Notes: a model not told the origin generated them from the letters alone. A stretch of DNA of 36,121 nucleotides from Clostridia bacterium (GCA_017560565.1 JAFZET010000200.1:1-36121); one strand, 5' to 3'. Shown: positions 1-8,829, counted from the first letter of the stretch. Translations and numbers: made by a program.

Positions 1-273
1 GCCAGGGAAGTGGCTCCGAAAATCCTGAAAAGCTATATGAGAAATCTGCAGGACAGGGACGGGCTGCACTTCCTGGAAGCCAGGATCACCGGGATGGACG
101 TGGAACGGATAAATACGGGAACGGCATCAGATCTTGCGATGTTTCGGATGGACTTTGCCCTTATATCCGAAGAGGTATTGGTCATTCCCGATGGCTGTAC
201 TGTGGAAGACGGCTGGATCACCGGAGAGATCTGGTGGAACAGCCCCAATCTGGTATTGAATGCAGTAGGATGA
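1..273 (+). CDS. 3' end of a hypothetical protein (truncated by window edge)
   Basis: Frame open from base 1 to TGA 271-273 (…EARITGMDVERINTGTA…EDGWITGE…); terminator-like hairpin follows at 341-377. Confidence 0.6.
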   Translation, partial: AREVAPKILKSYMRNLQDRDGLHFLEARITGMDVERINTGTASDLAMFRMDFALISEEVLVIPDGCTVEDGWITGEIWWNSPNLVLNAVG

Positions 274-340
274 AGGTGCCGGTACTGCCGGAATGTATGA
301 AACCGTCATCCAGCAGACCTGCGGCGAAAGGAACAAAGGG

Positions 341-377
341 AAAAGCCGTCTGCGGAAATTTTCTGCGGCGGCTTTTT
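341..377 (+). terminator. intrinsic terminator
   Basis: aaaagccgtctgcggaaa/ttttctgcggcggcttttt imperfect inverted repeat ending in a T tract. Confidence 0.65.
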
Positions 378-385
378 CGGATCCG

Positions 386-414
386 GGAACTTTTGGGAAT
401 ACAGATCGTCTTAT
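386..414 (+). promoter_or_regulatory. putative ECF sigma-factor promoter
   Basis: GGAAC(386-390)-N16-CGTC(407-410)TTAT, the AAC/CGT architecture of ECF promoters; lies between a terminator and the GGAGG RBS at 441. Confidence 0.55.
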
Positions 415-452
415 GGAATAAGGAAACAGAACTCCCAAAAGGAGGGTACAGT

Positions 453-2858
453 ATGAAAAGATATTTGATTCTGCTTTTGGCTTTACTGCTGCTGACAGGA
501 TGCCGTACAGCTGAAGTAAGAGAAACCGAAAGTCTTCCGGAAATCCGGACGAAAACGGAAACTCAGCCGGAAACCATACCGGAAACGGAGAGGAAAACCG
601 AGATCCCGGCGTCTGAAACAGAACCGCTGGAAACCGAGACGCCGGAAAGGGAAAAACCGAAACCGTTTGCACGGCTGGTGTCCGGAGAGGAGAATTTCGT
701 CCTGTCCACCGTGACCATACCGGGGGATTTCCGGATGTGCTGGGAATATGACGATACCCATATGCTGTACATGACCTGGACGCCGGTTGTTGTACGGCGG
801 AAAGCCTGCTGGGAGATGCAGCTGTATATGGTGGATCTGACTGCCGGAGCGATTATCGCCAGAGGATCCTGGACAGGGGATGTACTGTGGGATTCCCTGA
901 ATGGTAATATGATCTACCACTACCGGCTGGATCAGAGCACTGGGATCGCATATGCCGACAACCCCATGCTGCTGCATATCGGCGAAGACGGCACGATCAA
1001 CTTTCTTTCCGCCACCAGTACGGTTGCCTCTCCCCCGGTTCTGGAAGTACACCCTTACCCGTTTGTCAGTTCGGACATCACTTCTCCGGACGGACGCTAC
1101 CATGTCCAGCAGACAATCGATGATATGGCAGGCCACGGCGGGCTGGATCTGCTGTATTCGGATCTGACCACGGTACGCCTGTTTGAAGCCGTCATGCTGG
1201 ACGATACGATGGCAAACGGCAAAAAAGCCGGGATCCATGATGTGCGTATCTATAACCCCATCGGTTTTCTGGACGAAACACGGTTTGTGTACCGGATCGG
1301 CGGCTGGGAATGGACAGTCGGCTACGGCATCTGGGATCTTGTGACCGGACAGTATACGGAATATACCGGATTCGGGATTGCGGGGGTGCATGACGGTTAT
1401 CTGTACCTGACGGAAAACAGATCCACCCAGCAGTACATGGTCACCCACATTTATAAAGCCTCACCGGCGGGTGAAAAGACCCTGATCGCCTCAGCAGACA
1501 AGGAAGACGGGGTGTTCTGGATCGAAAATACGGATGAATATTTTTCTGTTCCCCGGTATGAAAGTGCTTACTGGATCACTTCGGTACCGACAGACCCGGA
1601 TCGTCCGGATATACAGCGATGCGCAATATGGTCGCCGGATCTGGAAAAGGAGCTTGCGGTGATGGAATCCCTGCAGGGGACGGACTGGTATCTCAGAGAG
1701 GGACAGATTACCGTTGTACTGTGTGAAGAAACGGAAACTGTACCGGATGAGAACCCCGTTACAGCACAGACCGGATTGCCGGAACCGTATATCCGCCTGA
1801 CAGCCGGTGCAGATACATTTACCGCTTCCATGGTGATCCTGCGGGGCGGCGAATGGGCGGACTGGTGGAAATGGGATGACACCCATATTCTCTGGATGAC
1901 CTACGACCGGATCGCCGGAGAGCATAACGAAACCCTGGGACACACCAACCGGTATCTGTCCATGCTGAATCTGGAAACGGGACAGATCACCGCTGTGCTT
2001 CCGCTGGATGGTACGGAAGAACTGAACGAAGTCACATGGGACGGGAAGGACATGATCCTGTACCATCTTGTGCTGGACAAAGCCACAACCACCTACACGG
2101 CTGAAAATGCCCTGCGGATCACCTATGAAAACGGGATTCTTTCGGCTGAACCGACGGAAATTGTTCCGTTTCCCGTGGTGACAAAGCAGATTCATTCTCC
2201 CGATGGGCAGTATACAGTCCGGCAGTATGTGGATGACGGCTGGGAAAGGGGGTACATGGATCTGGTATATCCGGACGGCAGCAGTGTGCGGCTGTTTACC
2301 GGTACTGTGCTGGATGATATCCTGCCGGACGGAAGAAGTGCGGGGATTGAGGATGTCCGTGGCTATACGCCGCTGGCATTTCTGGACGATACCCGTTTTG
2401 TATACACCATCGGCGGCTGGGAGCACTGCCGGGGCTATGGTATCTACGATCTGACCACCGGCACTTTTACGGAATTTACGGAGGATGTGGAGTATGTGTA
2501 CACCGTCCATGAAGGGTATATATACATGACATCCATAAAAAGATTGGAGGACAGGATGTGTACCGAGGTCTGGAAGGTCACACCGGCGGGAGAACGGACA
2601 CTGCTGGCATCCTCCGAAACCGATACAAGCCTTTTCCCGCTGCGGGAGCTGTATGACCCACTGTACTGTGCCGGTCCCTACTGGATCTATACCACCGAAG
2701 AGTCCCTGTTTTCCGGTTCCGTGGACGGCAAAGGAAAACCGAATATCTATCAGGTCTGGTCACCCGATATGGACAGCATACAGGCAGAGTTTATACTGGA
2801 CGGACATACCATGAACCGTGTCTTTTTCTGCGGAACACAGATCACTTACGTACCATAG
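453..2858 (+). CDS. 801-aa lipoprotein with two tandem ~360-aa homologous (beta-propeller-like) domains
   Basis: GGAGG at 441-445 before ATG 453; signal peptide with lipobox LLTG-C; E/T/P-rich linker; internal duplication (SPDG…FLD.TRFVY.IGGWE…GYGI.DL.TG occurs twice). Confidence 0.85.
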   Translation: MKRYLILLLALLLLTGCRTAEVRETESLPEIRTKTETQPETIPETERKTEIPASETEPLETETPEREKPKPFARLVSGEENFVLSTVTIPGDFRMCWEYDDTHMLYMTWTPVVVRRKACWEMQLYMVDLTAGAIIARGSWTGDVLWDSLNGNMIYHYRLDQSTGIAYADNPMLLHIGEDGTINFLSATSTVASPPVLEVHPYPFVSSDITSPDGRYHVQQTIDDMAGHGGLDLLYSDLTTVRLFEAVMLDDTMANGKKAGIHDVRIYNPIGFLDETRFVYRIGGWEWTVGYGIWDLVTGQYTEYTGFGIAGVHDGYLYLTENRSTQQYMVTHIYKASPAGEKTLIASADKEDGVFWIENTDEYFSVPRYESAYWITSVPTDPDRPDIQRCAIWSPDLEKELAVMESLQGTDWYLREGQITVVLCEETETVPDENPVTAQTGLPEPYIRLTAGADTFTASMVILRGGEWADWWKWDDTHILWMTYDRIAGEHNETLGHTNRYLSMLNLETGQITAVLPLDGTEELNEVTWDGKDMILYHLVLDKATTTYTAENALRITYENGILSAEPTEIVPFPVVTKQIHSPDGQYTVRQYVDDGWERGYMDLVYPDGSSVRLFTGTVLDDILPDGRSAGIEDVRGYTPLAFLDDTRFVYTIGGWEHCRGYGIYDLTTGTFTEFTEDVEYVYTVHEGYIYMTSIKRLEDRMCTEVWKVTPAGERTLLASSETDTSLFPLRELYDPLYCAGPYWIYTTEESLFSGSVDGKGKPNIYQVWSPDMDSIQAEFILDGHTMNRVFFCGTQITYVP

Positions 2859-2877
2859 TACAATAGGACAGTACAAT

Positions 2878-2912
2878 AAAACCGTCATGAGGACTTCCCC
2901 GTGACGGTTTTT
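2878..2912. terminator. bidirectional intrinsic terminator
   Basis: aaaaccgtcatgagg-actt-ccccgtgacggttttt between convergent genes. Confidence 0.75.
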
Positions 2913-2914
2913 GG

Positions 2915-4270
2915 TTATTTCCGGTATCCTTCTGTCAATGCCATCATCTCCGGCACATTTTCCGTTACAATCACTTCCGCACCGCTTTCCAGAGCCGCAC
3001 GTGCTTCCGCTTCCGTATCAGCATACATCACCCGCCGGTCATCTGCCGGAATCTCCGGGTACAGAACTGTCCACTGTTCCAGCAGGGCGGGATCATCGCA
3101 GGCAAACCGGCAATGACCGAGACAGTCGTACCGGTGTAGGAGCGCATGGAGCCTTGGCAGGATTTCCTCTCCGGAAGACTGTCCGTCCGTGTGCAGATGG
3201 AGAACCAGAATGGTGTGACAGGAGAATTTTGTGAGGATATCTTCCAGCCGTACAGAAGCATCGCTCTGCAGAACCAATACACCGTCATGGGTACAGCACA
3301 GATCCGCCTGAATTTCATGCACACCCAGTCCCACCGCCGCACCGATGGCTGCCATGGGATTTTCCGGAATGCCGTATCCTCCCACAGACCGGACTCTGGG
3401 ATATTTCATGAACCGGTCACCGGGGACAATGGCAAAGCCGCCGGGACGGTACTGCCACCCATGACGCCCGAATTCAATGTATTCATAGTGGGGTGCAGGC
3501 TTACCGCCGAATCCGGCAGGCTTGTAGTATTTTTCGTGGGGATCAAATTCCGCCGTTTCCAGACCCACACGGGATTTCATGTTCACAAGCATTTTCCCGG
3601 TAGGGGTGACGATCATGCTTGAGCCGCAGATATCGGGACTGCCGTCCAGGGAAACGGAGGCACGCACCACGTAGGCATTGGTATTGTAGGCAAGAAACCG
3701 GCCCATGATCTCCAGTGCTTCGTGGGTATCGCTCCGCTGCAGGGAACAGCCGATGATGATGTCCACGTTTTCACGGGCGATGGCGGCAAAGGCTTCGTAG
3801 AAATAGAAATCGTAGCAGGTCAGAAAAGCATAGCGGATCCCGTCGATGGTCAGTACATAGGGGACGGACGGCTCAAAGGTATAATCGGAATCCAGTGCCA
3901 CGGTGAACTGTTCGGATGGCGGCAGATGCTTTTTGTAGTATTTTCCGACTACAGTACCGCTGCGGTCAAAGGCGTATGTGGTGTTCCGGTATCCCGTGGG
4001 TGTCAGGTCGTAGGCGTTGACAAACAGCACCGCATGGCACCGTCTCGCCGTTTCCGCCGCTTTTTCCAGCAGCAGGAGGCGATACTTTTCGGAACAGGCA
4101 ATATTGTCTTCTCTTGTGAGGGCGGCGCAGGGCACATCGCTGTATTCCGGCAGCACGATCAGATCCATGGACGGATCGCAGGCATCCATCATCTCCAGTT
4201 TTTTCGCAAAATATGCATCGGAGAGGGACAGATCCATAGAGTAGGGCGGCTGAATCACGCAGGCTTTCAT
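2915..4270 (-). CDS. carbon-nitrogen hydrolase (nitrilase superfamily) fused to a degenerate glycerophosphodiester phosphodiesterase-like domain
   Basis: Glu-Lys-Cys triad motifs LPEY, YYKKHL, TCYD; C-terminal PEN..A..AA…G…EI.AD…T.DG pattern of the GDPD fold; AAGGAGG RBS. Confidence 0.85.
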   Translation of the reverse strand: MKACVIQPPYSMDLSLSDAYFAKKLEMMDACDPSMDLIVLPEYSDVPCAALTREDNIACSEKYRLLLLEKAAETARRCHAVLFVNAYDLTPTGYRNTTYAFDRSGTVVGKYYKKHLPPSEQFTVALDSDYTFEPSVPYVLTIDGIRYAFLTCYDFYFYEAFAAIARENVDIIIGCSLQRSDTHEALEIMGRFLAYNTNAYVVRASVSLDGSPDICGSSMIVTPTGKMLVNMKSRVGLETAEFDPHEKYYKPAGFGGKPAPHYEYIEFGRHGWQYRPGGFAIVPGDRFMKYPRVRSVGGYGIPENPMAAIGAAVGLGVHEIQADLCCTHDGVLVLQSDASVRLEDILTKFSCHTILVLHLHTDGQSSGEEILPRLHALLHRYDCLGHCRFACDDPALLEQWTVLYPEIPADDRRVMYADTEAEARAALESGAEVIVTENVPEMMALTEGYRK

Positions 4271-4303
4271 GGGAGAGACCTCCTTGTGTTCTTTTCAGGA
4301 TAT

Positions 4304-4332
4304 AGTATACCGTCCGGATGGTATGGTGTCAA
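4304..4332 (-). promoter_or_regulatory. sigma-A promoter of the nitrilase gene
   Basis: TTGACA-N17-TATACT on the minus strand. Confidence 0.75.
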
Positions 4333-4458
4333 GGGGGTCTGCTGTTCGTACTTCCGGGGGATATTCCGCATTTTTACGAAAAAGTTGGATGGATTTGACA
4401 TTTCATCGGATTTTTTCATGGATTTGCGGAAAATATATCAAATTTCCCCTGGATTTCG

Positions 4459-4486
4459 TTGACAGATGCAAAAATCATGTTATAAT
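4459..4486 (+). promoter_or_regulatory. sigma-A promoter of the AraC gene
   Basis: TTGACA-N16-TATAAT with TG extended -10. Confidence 0.75.
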
Positions 4487-4527
4487 AAATACAACACGGA
4501 TATCCTGCCGGAAAGGAGTGAGCACCG

Positions 4528-5364
4528 ATGGCTATCGAAGGACTGAGCCCGCCCGTATATGAGGACAGAGATTTCCCGATCGTGGTGGAGCAGAGGTATT
4601 ACAGAGAAGTACCCGATGGATGGCATGAGGATCTGGAAATCAAAATCAGCCGCTCCGACAGGATCCTGATCGCTCTGGATTCACAGATCCTGACGGCGCA
4701 GAACAATACGATCTTTTTTATCAATCCCTATCAGATCCATTCTGTGCCCAATATCACCGGTATGGATATGAACTACGATCTGATCATGATCAATCTGGAT
4801 TTCTTTTCCGTCACCGGCGTGCATTCCATATCCCTGCGGAAGATTTTCATGGAGGATCACATACGGTTCAACAACCACCTGAAAAATCCCCGGCTGACGG
4901 AGATTCTGGATAAAGTGATTGCCGTTTACGGAGAGCGGAAAGATCCCAGGGTACGTTTGATGATCCAGGGGCTTCTGATGGAGTTTTTCTCGATCCTGCT
5001 CATAGAAGAGGTGTCGGGAGAAAAAACGGAGATCGTCCAGGATGGCTCCCGGTATTACCATACCATTGCCCCGGCGCTGGAAGCCATTCACCGGAATTAC
5101 GACAGGAAAATCACCAGTGCGGAGCTGGCGGATATGTGCAAGCTGACCCAGAGCTATTTCTGTCGTCTGTTCCGGCAGGTCATGGGTGTGACCCCGGTGC
5201 AGTACCAGACCGAAAACCGTCTCCGGCTGGCGGATATTCTGCTGAAGGACGGCAGTTATTCCATTGGGGATATCGCCCGGATGACCGGTTTTGAGGACGA
5301 GACCTATTTCAGCCGCTGCTATAAGAAATACAGAGGCATTTCCCCCAGCAAATTCCAGAAATAG
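4528..5364 (+). CDS. AraC family transcriptional regulator
   Basis: N-terminal cupin-like WH.DLE…INPYQIH; C-terminal double HTH (LA..C.L..SYFCRLF…; IA..TGF.D..YFSR.YKKY.G.SP). Confidence 0.95.
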   Translation: MAIEGLSPPVYEDRDFPIVVEQRYYREVPDGWHEDLEIKISRSDRILIALDSQILTAQNNTIFFINPYQIHSVPNITGMDMNYDLIMINLDFFSVTGVHSISLRKIFMEDHIRFNNHLKNPRLTEILDKVIAVYGERKDPRVRLMIQGLLMEFFSILLIEEVSGEKTEIVQDGSRYYHTIAPALEAIHRNYDRKITSAELADMCKLTQSYFCRLFRQVMGVTPVQYQTENRLRLADILLKDGSYSIGDIARMTGFEDETYFSRCYKKYRGISPSKFQK

Positions 5365-5402
5365 GAAAAATCCCCCGCCGGTTGGGGCACGGAAAGGGAA
5401 AA

Positions 5403-5466
5403 GGCAAGATAGTCCAAATATACGGCAAAATTCTTTATGTACAAAAGGATAAACAGATGCTATAAT
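5403..5466 (+). promoter_or_regulatory. activator-dependent promoter with tandem AraC-like sites
   Basis: GGCAAGAT (5403) and GGCAAAAT (5424) 21 bp apart; poor -35 (TGTACA); TGcTATAAT at 5458-5466. Confidence 0.6.
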
Positions 5467-5488
5467 ACAAAAAGAAAGGATGTATGGA

Positions 5489-6388
5489 ATGGAAGCTTTT
5501 CGCAAAATCGACCTGCACGCGCATATTGTTGCGTTTCCCCAGTGGGTACCGGCCAATCCGGCAAGCGGCTACAGAATGCTCAGTCCGGAAGAAATGATTG
5601 AGATGTATGACCGGCTGGATATTGAAAGAGGGGTTCTGCTGCCTCTGATCGCACCGGAAGGACAGACCGTGGTCATGAGCAACGAAGGCTGTATCTATGC
5701 GGCGGAAAAGTATCCGGATCGGTTCTCCTGGTTCTGCAATCTGGATCCGAGAGCCATGAACAACAGCACTTCCACCGATCTTTCCTACCTGCTGGAACAT
5801 TATAAAAAGCTGGGAGCCAAAGGGGTGGGAGAAGTGACCTCCAATCTCTGGTTCGATGATCCCATGATGGACAACCTGTTCTCCCACTGTGAAGAAGCCG
5901 GTCTGCCTCTGCTGTTCCATATCTCTCCCGCTGTGGGGTTCTGTTATGGTGTGGCGGACGATCTGGGACTGCCCCGGCTGGAAAAAATGCTGAAAAAGCA
6001 TCCGAAGCTTCAGTTTATCGGTCATTCCCAGCCCTTCTGGAGCGAAATGTCCGCCGACAATACGGAACAGACCCGCAACGGGTATCCCACCGGCAAGGTA
6101 GCGCCCGGACGTCTGATTCATCTGATGCGGGAGTACGGCAACCTGACCTGCGATCTCTCGGCAGGCAGCGGCTCCAATGCACTGACCCGGGATCCGGAAA
6201 ACGCCGCAGCTTTCCTGACGGAATTCCAGGACCGGATCTATTACGGCTGTGACATCTGTGCTTCCTTCAATACCCACCAGTTCGTTTTCCGGGATTTCAT
6301 TGACGGACTTGCCGCTTCCGGTGCCATTTCCGAAACCGTATACCGGAAGGTCTGCCGTGACAATGCGGCAAAACTGCTGGGACTCTGA
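5489..6388 (+). CDS. amidohydrolase family protein (Amidohydro_2-like TIM barrel)
   Basis: HxH (DLHAH), GVGE, LFH, GHSQPFW, DLSAGSG, YGCD motifs; RBS AGAAAGGA favours ATG 5489. Confidence 0.9.
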   Translation: MEAFRKIDLHAHIVAFPQWVPANPASGYRMLSPEEMIEMYDRLDIERGVLLPLIAPEGQTVVMSNEGCIYAAEKYPDRFSWFCNLDPRAMNNSTSTDLSYLLEHYKKLGAKGVGEVTSNLWFDDPMMDNLFSHCEEAGLPLLFHISPAVGFCYGVADDLGLPRLEKMLKKHPKLQFIGHSQPFWSEMSADNTEQTRNGYPTGKVAPGRLIHLMREYGNLTCDLSAGSGSNALTRDPENAAAFLTEFQDRIYYGCDICASFNTHQFVFRDFIDGLAASGAISETVYRKVCRDNAAKLLGL

Positions 6389-6463
6389 GCACCGCACGAC
6401 AGATCCGCAAAACCATTTCTGAATAATACAAAATACTATAAAAAACTGACAGGAGACATTACT

Positions 6464-7792
6464 ATGGAAAAACTCGCACTGCTTGGCGGTACCCCCGTCA
6501 TTACCGAACAGCCCGGTGAGCTGTTCAAGTGGCCCATCATGGGTCAGGAAGATTACGATGCCGCTATGGAGGTTGTGTACAACAACAAGTTCTCCGGCAC
6601 CGACATTACCGAAAAGTTCCAGGAAGAATTTGCTGCATGGCAGGGTACTGAATATGCGATTGCATACTGCAACGGTACCATGGCACTGACCTCTGCGATG
6701 TTTGCTATCGGTCTGGGTAAAGGTGATGAAATCATCTGTCCCACCAAGACCTACTGGGGCAGCGTATCTCAGGCCATCAACTTCGGTGCATCCGCTGTAT
6801 TCTGCAACATCAATGATATGCTGAGCATGGATCCTGCCGATATCGAACGCTGCATCACCCCCCGCACCAAGGCGATCGTAGTGGTTCACTACTTTGCTTA
6901 CCCCTGCGATATGGATGCCATCATGGCCATTGCCAAGAAGCACAACCTGAAGGTTATCGAAGACGTTTCCCACGCACAGGGCGGTATGTACAAGGGTAAG
7001 AAGGTTGGTACCTTCGGTGACGTTGCCGCTATGTCTCTGATGAGCGGTAAGTCCTTCGCTGCAGGGGAACTGGGTATTCTGGTTACCAACAACCGTGAAG
7101 TATACGAACGTGCCATGGCCTTCGGTCACTACGAACGGAATAACAGCAACTACATCAAGGAAACCGACAATCTGAAGGATTACTTCCACATTGCTCTGGG
7201 CGGTGCCAAGGGTCGTGCAAACCAGGTTTGCTCTGCTATCGCAAGAGTACAGCTGAAGTATTACGATCAGCGCTGCGCGGAAATCCGTAAGGCTATGAAC
7301 TACTTCTGGGATCAGCTGGAAGGTCTGCCGGGAATTTATCCCATCCGTGTTGACGAATCCACTGGTTCCAACATGGCCGGCTGGTACAGTGCACAGGGTG
7401 GTTATCGTGCGGAAGAACTGGGTGGTCTGTCCGTTTCCAGATTCTGTGAAGCCATCCGTGCAGAAGGTTATGTCGGCTGCTGGAGCGGCGGTAACTTCTG
7501 CCTGCACAACCATCCCTTCTTCAAGACCTTTGACCTGCGTAACGAAGGTCAGCCGTCCCGTATCGTATTCAACGACCACGACGTAAGAGAAGAAGACAAT
7601 CTGTGTGCACCCTCTGAAGCGATCAACTGCTACAATGTGCCGTGGTTCAAGCATTTCGATAAGGAATGGATCGACAAGTATGTTGCTATCTTCCGCAAGG
7701 TTGTCGAAAACTACGAACAGCTGCTGGACAATGCCTCCGATACTCCCGATGAAGATGTCGGCGGTCGCTGGTACGGCACCGAAAACAAATAA
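6464..7792 (+). CDS. DegT/DnrJ/EryC1/StrS family PLP-dependent sugar aminotransferase
   Basis: LALLGG.P..WP N-terminus, NGT.AL, G.GDEII.P..TY, IEDVSHAQG, PLP lysine in SLMSGKSF..GE.G. Confidence 0.95.
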   Translation: MEKLALLGGTPVITEQPGELFKWPIMGQEDYDAAMEVVYNNKFSGTDITEKFQEEFAAWQGTEYAIAYCNGTMALTSAMFAIGLGKGDEIICPTKTYWGSVSQAINFGASAVFCNINDMLSMDPADIERCITPRTKAIVVVHYFAYPCDMDAIMAIAKKHNLKVIEDVSHAQGGMYKGKKVGTFGDVAAMSLMSGKSFAAGELGILVTNNREVYERAMAFGHYERNNSNYIKETDNLKDYFHIALGGAKGRANQVCSAIARVQLKYYDQRCAEIRKAMNYFWDQLEGLPGIYPIRVDESTGSNMAGWYSAQGGYRAEELGGLSVSRFCEAIRAEGYVGCWSGGNFCLHNHPFFKTFDLRNEGQPSRIVFNDHDVREEDNLCAPSEAINCYNVPWFKHFDKEWIDKYVAIFRKVVENYEQLLDNASDTPDEDVGGRWYGTENK

Positions 7793-7818
7793 GAAAACAG
7801 TAACGGCAGGAACAGCTG

Positions 7819-8829
7819 ATGTCTGAGAATAAAAAAGCCGCACTTATCGGCTGCGGTATGATTGCCGATACCCATCTGACAGCACTGCAGAATGCCGGTG
7901 CGGATGTGATCGGTGTGTATGACCGGAATCCCGGTGCCGCCGCCGCATTTGCCGGTGCCCGCGGTCTGAAGGTATATGATTCCCTGGAGGATTTGCTGGC
8001 AGATGAAACTGCGTTGGTATCGGTATGTACCCCCAGCGGGACCCATGGGGAGCTTGCCGAAGCTATCATGGAAAAGGGAAAGTATGCCATTGTGGAAAAG
8101 CCTATGGCACTTACCGTTCCCGAATGCAGACGGATCATGGAAACCGAGCAGAGAACCGGCAGATTCTGCGCTCCCATTTCCCAGCTCCGCTTTTCCCGGG
8201 TATACCGTGAGGTGAAAGCGGCGCTGGACGAAGGGCAGTTCGGCAGAATGATTGTGGGACTGCTGTCCATGAAATACTACAGAGCACCCTCCTATTATGC
8301 CGGCAGCTGGCGCGGTACCGTCAAAATGGACGGAGGCGGAGCCCTGATGAACCAGGGGATCCACGGCATCGATATGATGTGCGGTCTGCTGGGGTATCCG
8401 GTTTCCGTAAGCGGAAAGACCGCTACCTTGCTGCATGATATTGAGGTGGAAGACACCGCTGTGGCCAGCCTGGTGTTTCCCGACGGTACACTGGGTGTGA
8501 TCGACGGCAGTACAGCCATTACCCATGCCAAGGCACGGCGTCTGGAGCTGTGCGGGGCTAAAGCCAGTGTAACCATTGAGGAAGATGCCATCCGGAGTGC
8601 GGAAGGGATTACCCTGTCCTGTGAGGAAGGTTCCGGTTACAACAGCTACAGCGATCCCACCGCCATCAGTACCCTGCTGCACGAGAATCAGTTCCGGAAT
8701 ATTCTTGCCGCAGCCGCTGATGAGGAAGCACTGTATTACACTTCACGGGATGCCATGCGTACCGTGGCTGTGATCACTGCTGTGTATGAATCCTCAAAGA
8801 CGGGGACAGCCGCAGTACCGCTGCTGTGA
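7819..8829 (+). CDS. Gfo/Idh/MocA family NAD-dependent oxidoreductase
   Basis: IGCGMIA Rossmann motif, CTPSG.H, VEKPMA, WRGT…DGGGALMNQGIH.ID. Confidence 0.95.
   Translation: MSENKKAALIGCGMIADTHLTALQNAGADVIGVYDRNPGAAAAFAGARGLKVYDSLEDLLADETALVSVCTPSGTHGELAEAIMEKGKYAIVEKPMALTVPECRRIMETEQRTGRFCAPISQLRFSRVYREVKAALDEGQFGRMIVGLLSMKYYRAPSYYAGSWRGTVKMDGGGALMNQGIHGIDMMCGLLGYPVSVSGKTATLLHDIEVEDTAVASLVFPDGTLGVIDGSTAITHAKARRLELCGAKASVTIEEDAIRSAEGITLSCEEGSGYNSYSDPTAISTLLHENQFRNILAAAADEEALYYTSRDAMRTVAVITAVYESSKTGTAAVPLL

Noticed and set aside
234-452. 73-aa N-terminal extension of the lipoprotein
   Set aside because: It runs through a terminator; the RBS and signal peptide place the start at 453.
510-660. 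Repeated gaaaccg/ccggaa units as a DNA repeat array or CRISPR
   Set aside because: They encode a Glu/Thr/Pro-rich protein linker and show no constant repeat-spacer periodicity.
5435-7843. 802-aa minus-strand ORF, and similar long antisense ORFs at 12120-14369, 23831-25438, 26471-28126, 29918-31675 and 31591-33705
   Set aside because: Shadows of well-supported genes; the rarity of TTA/CTA/TCA sense codons removes antisense stops, and they lack RBS and recognisable motifs.
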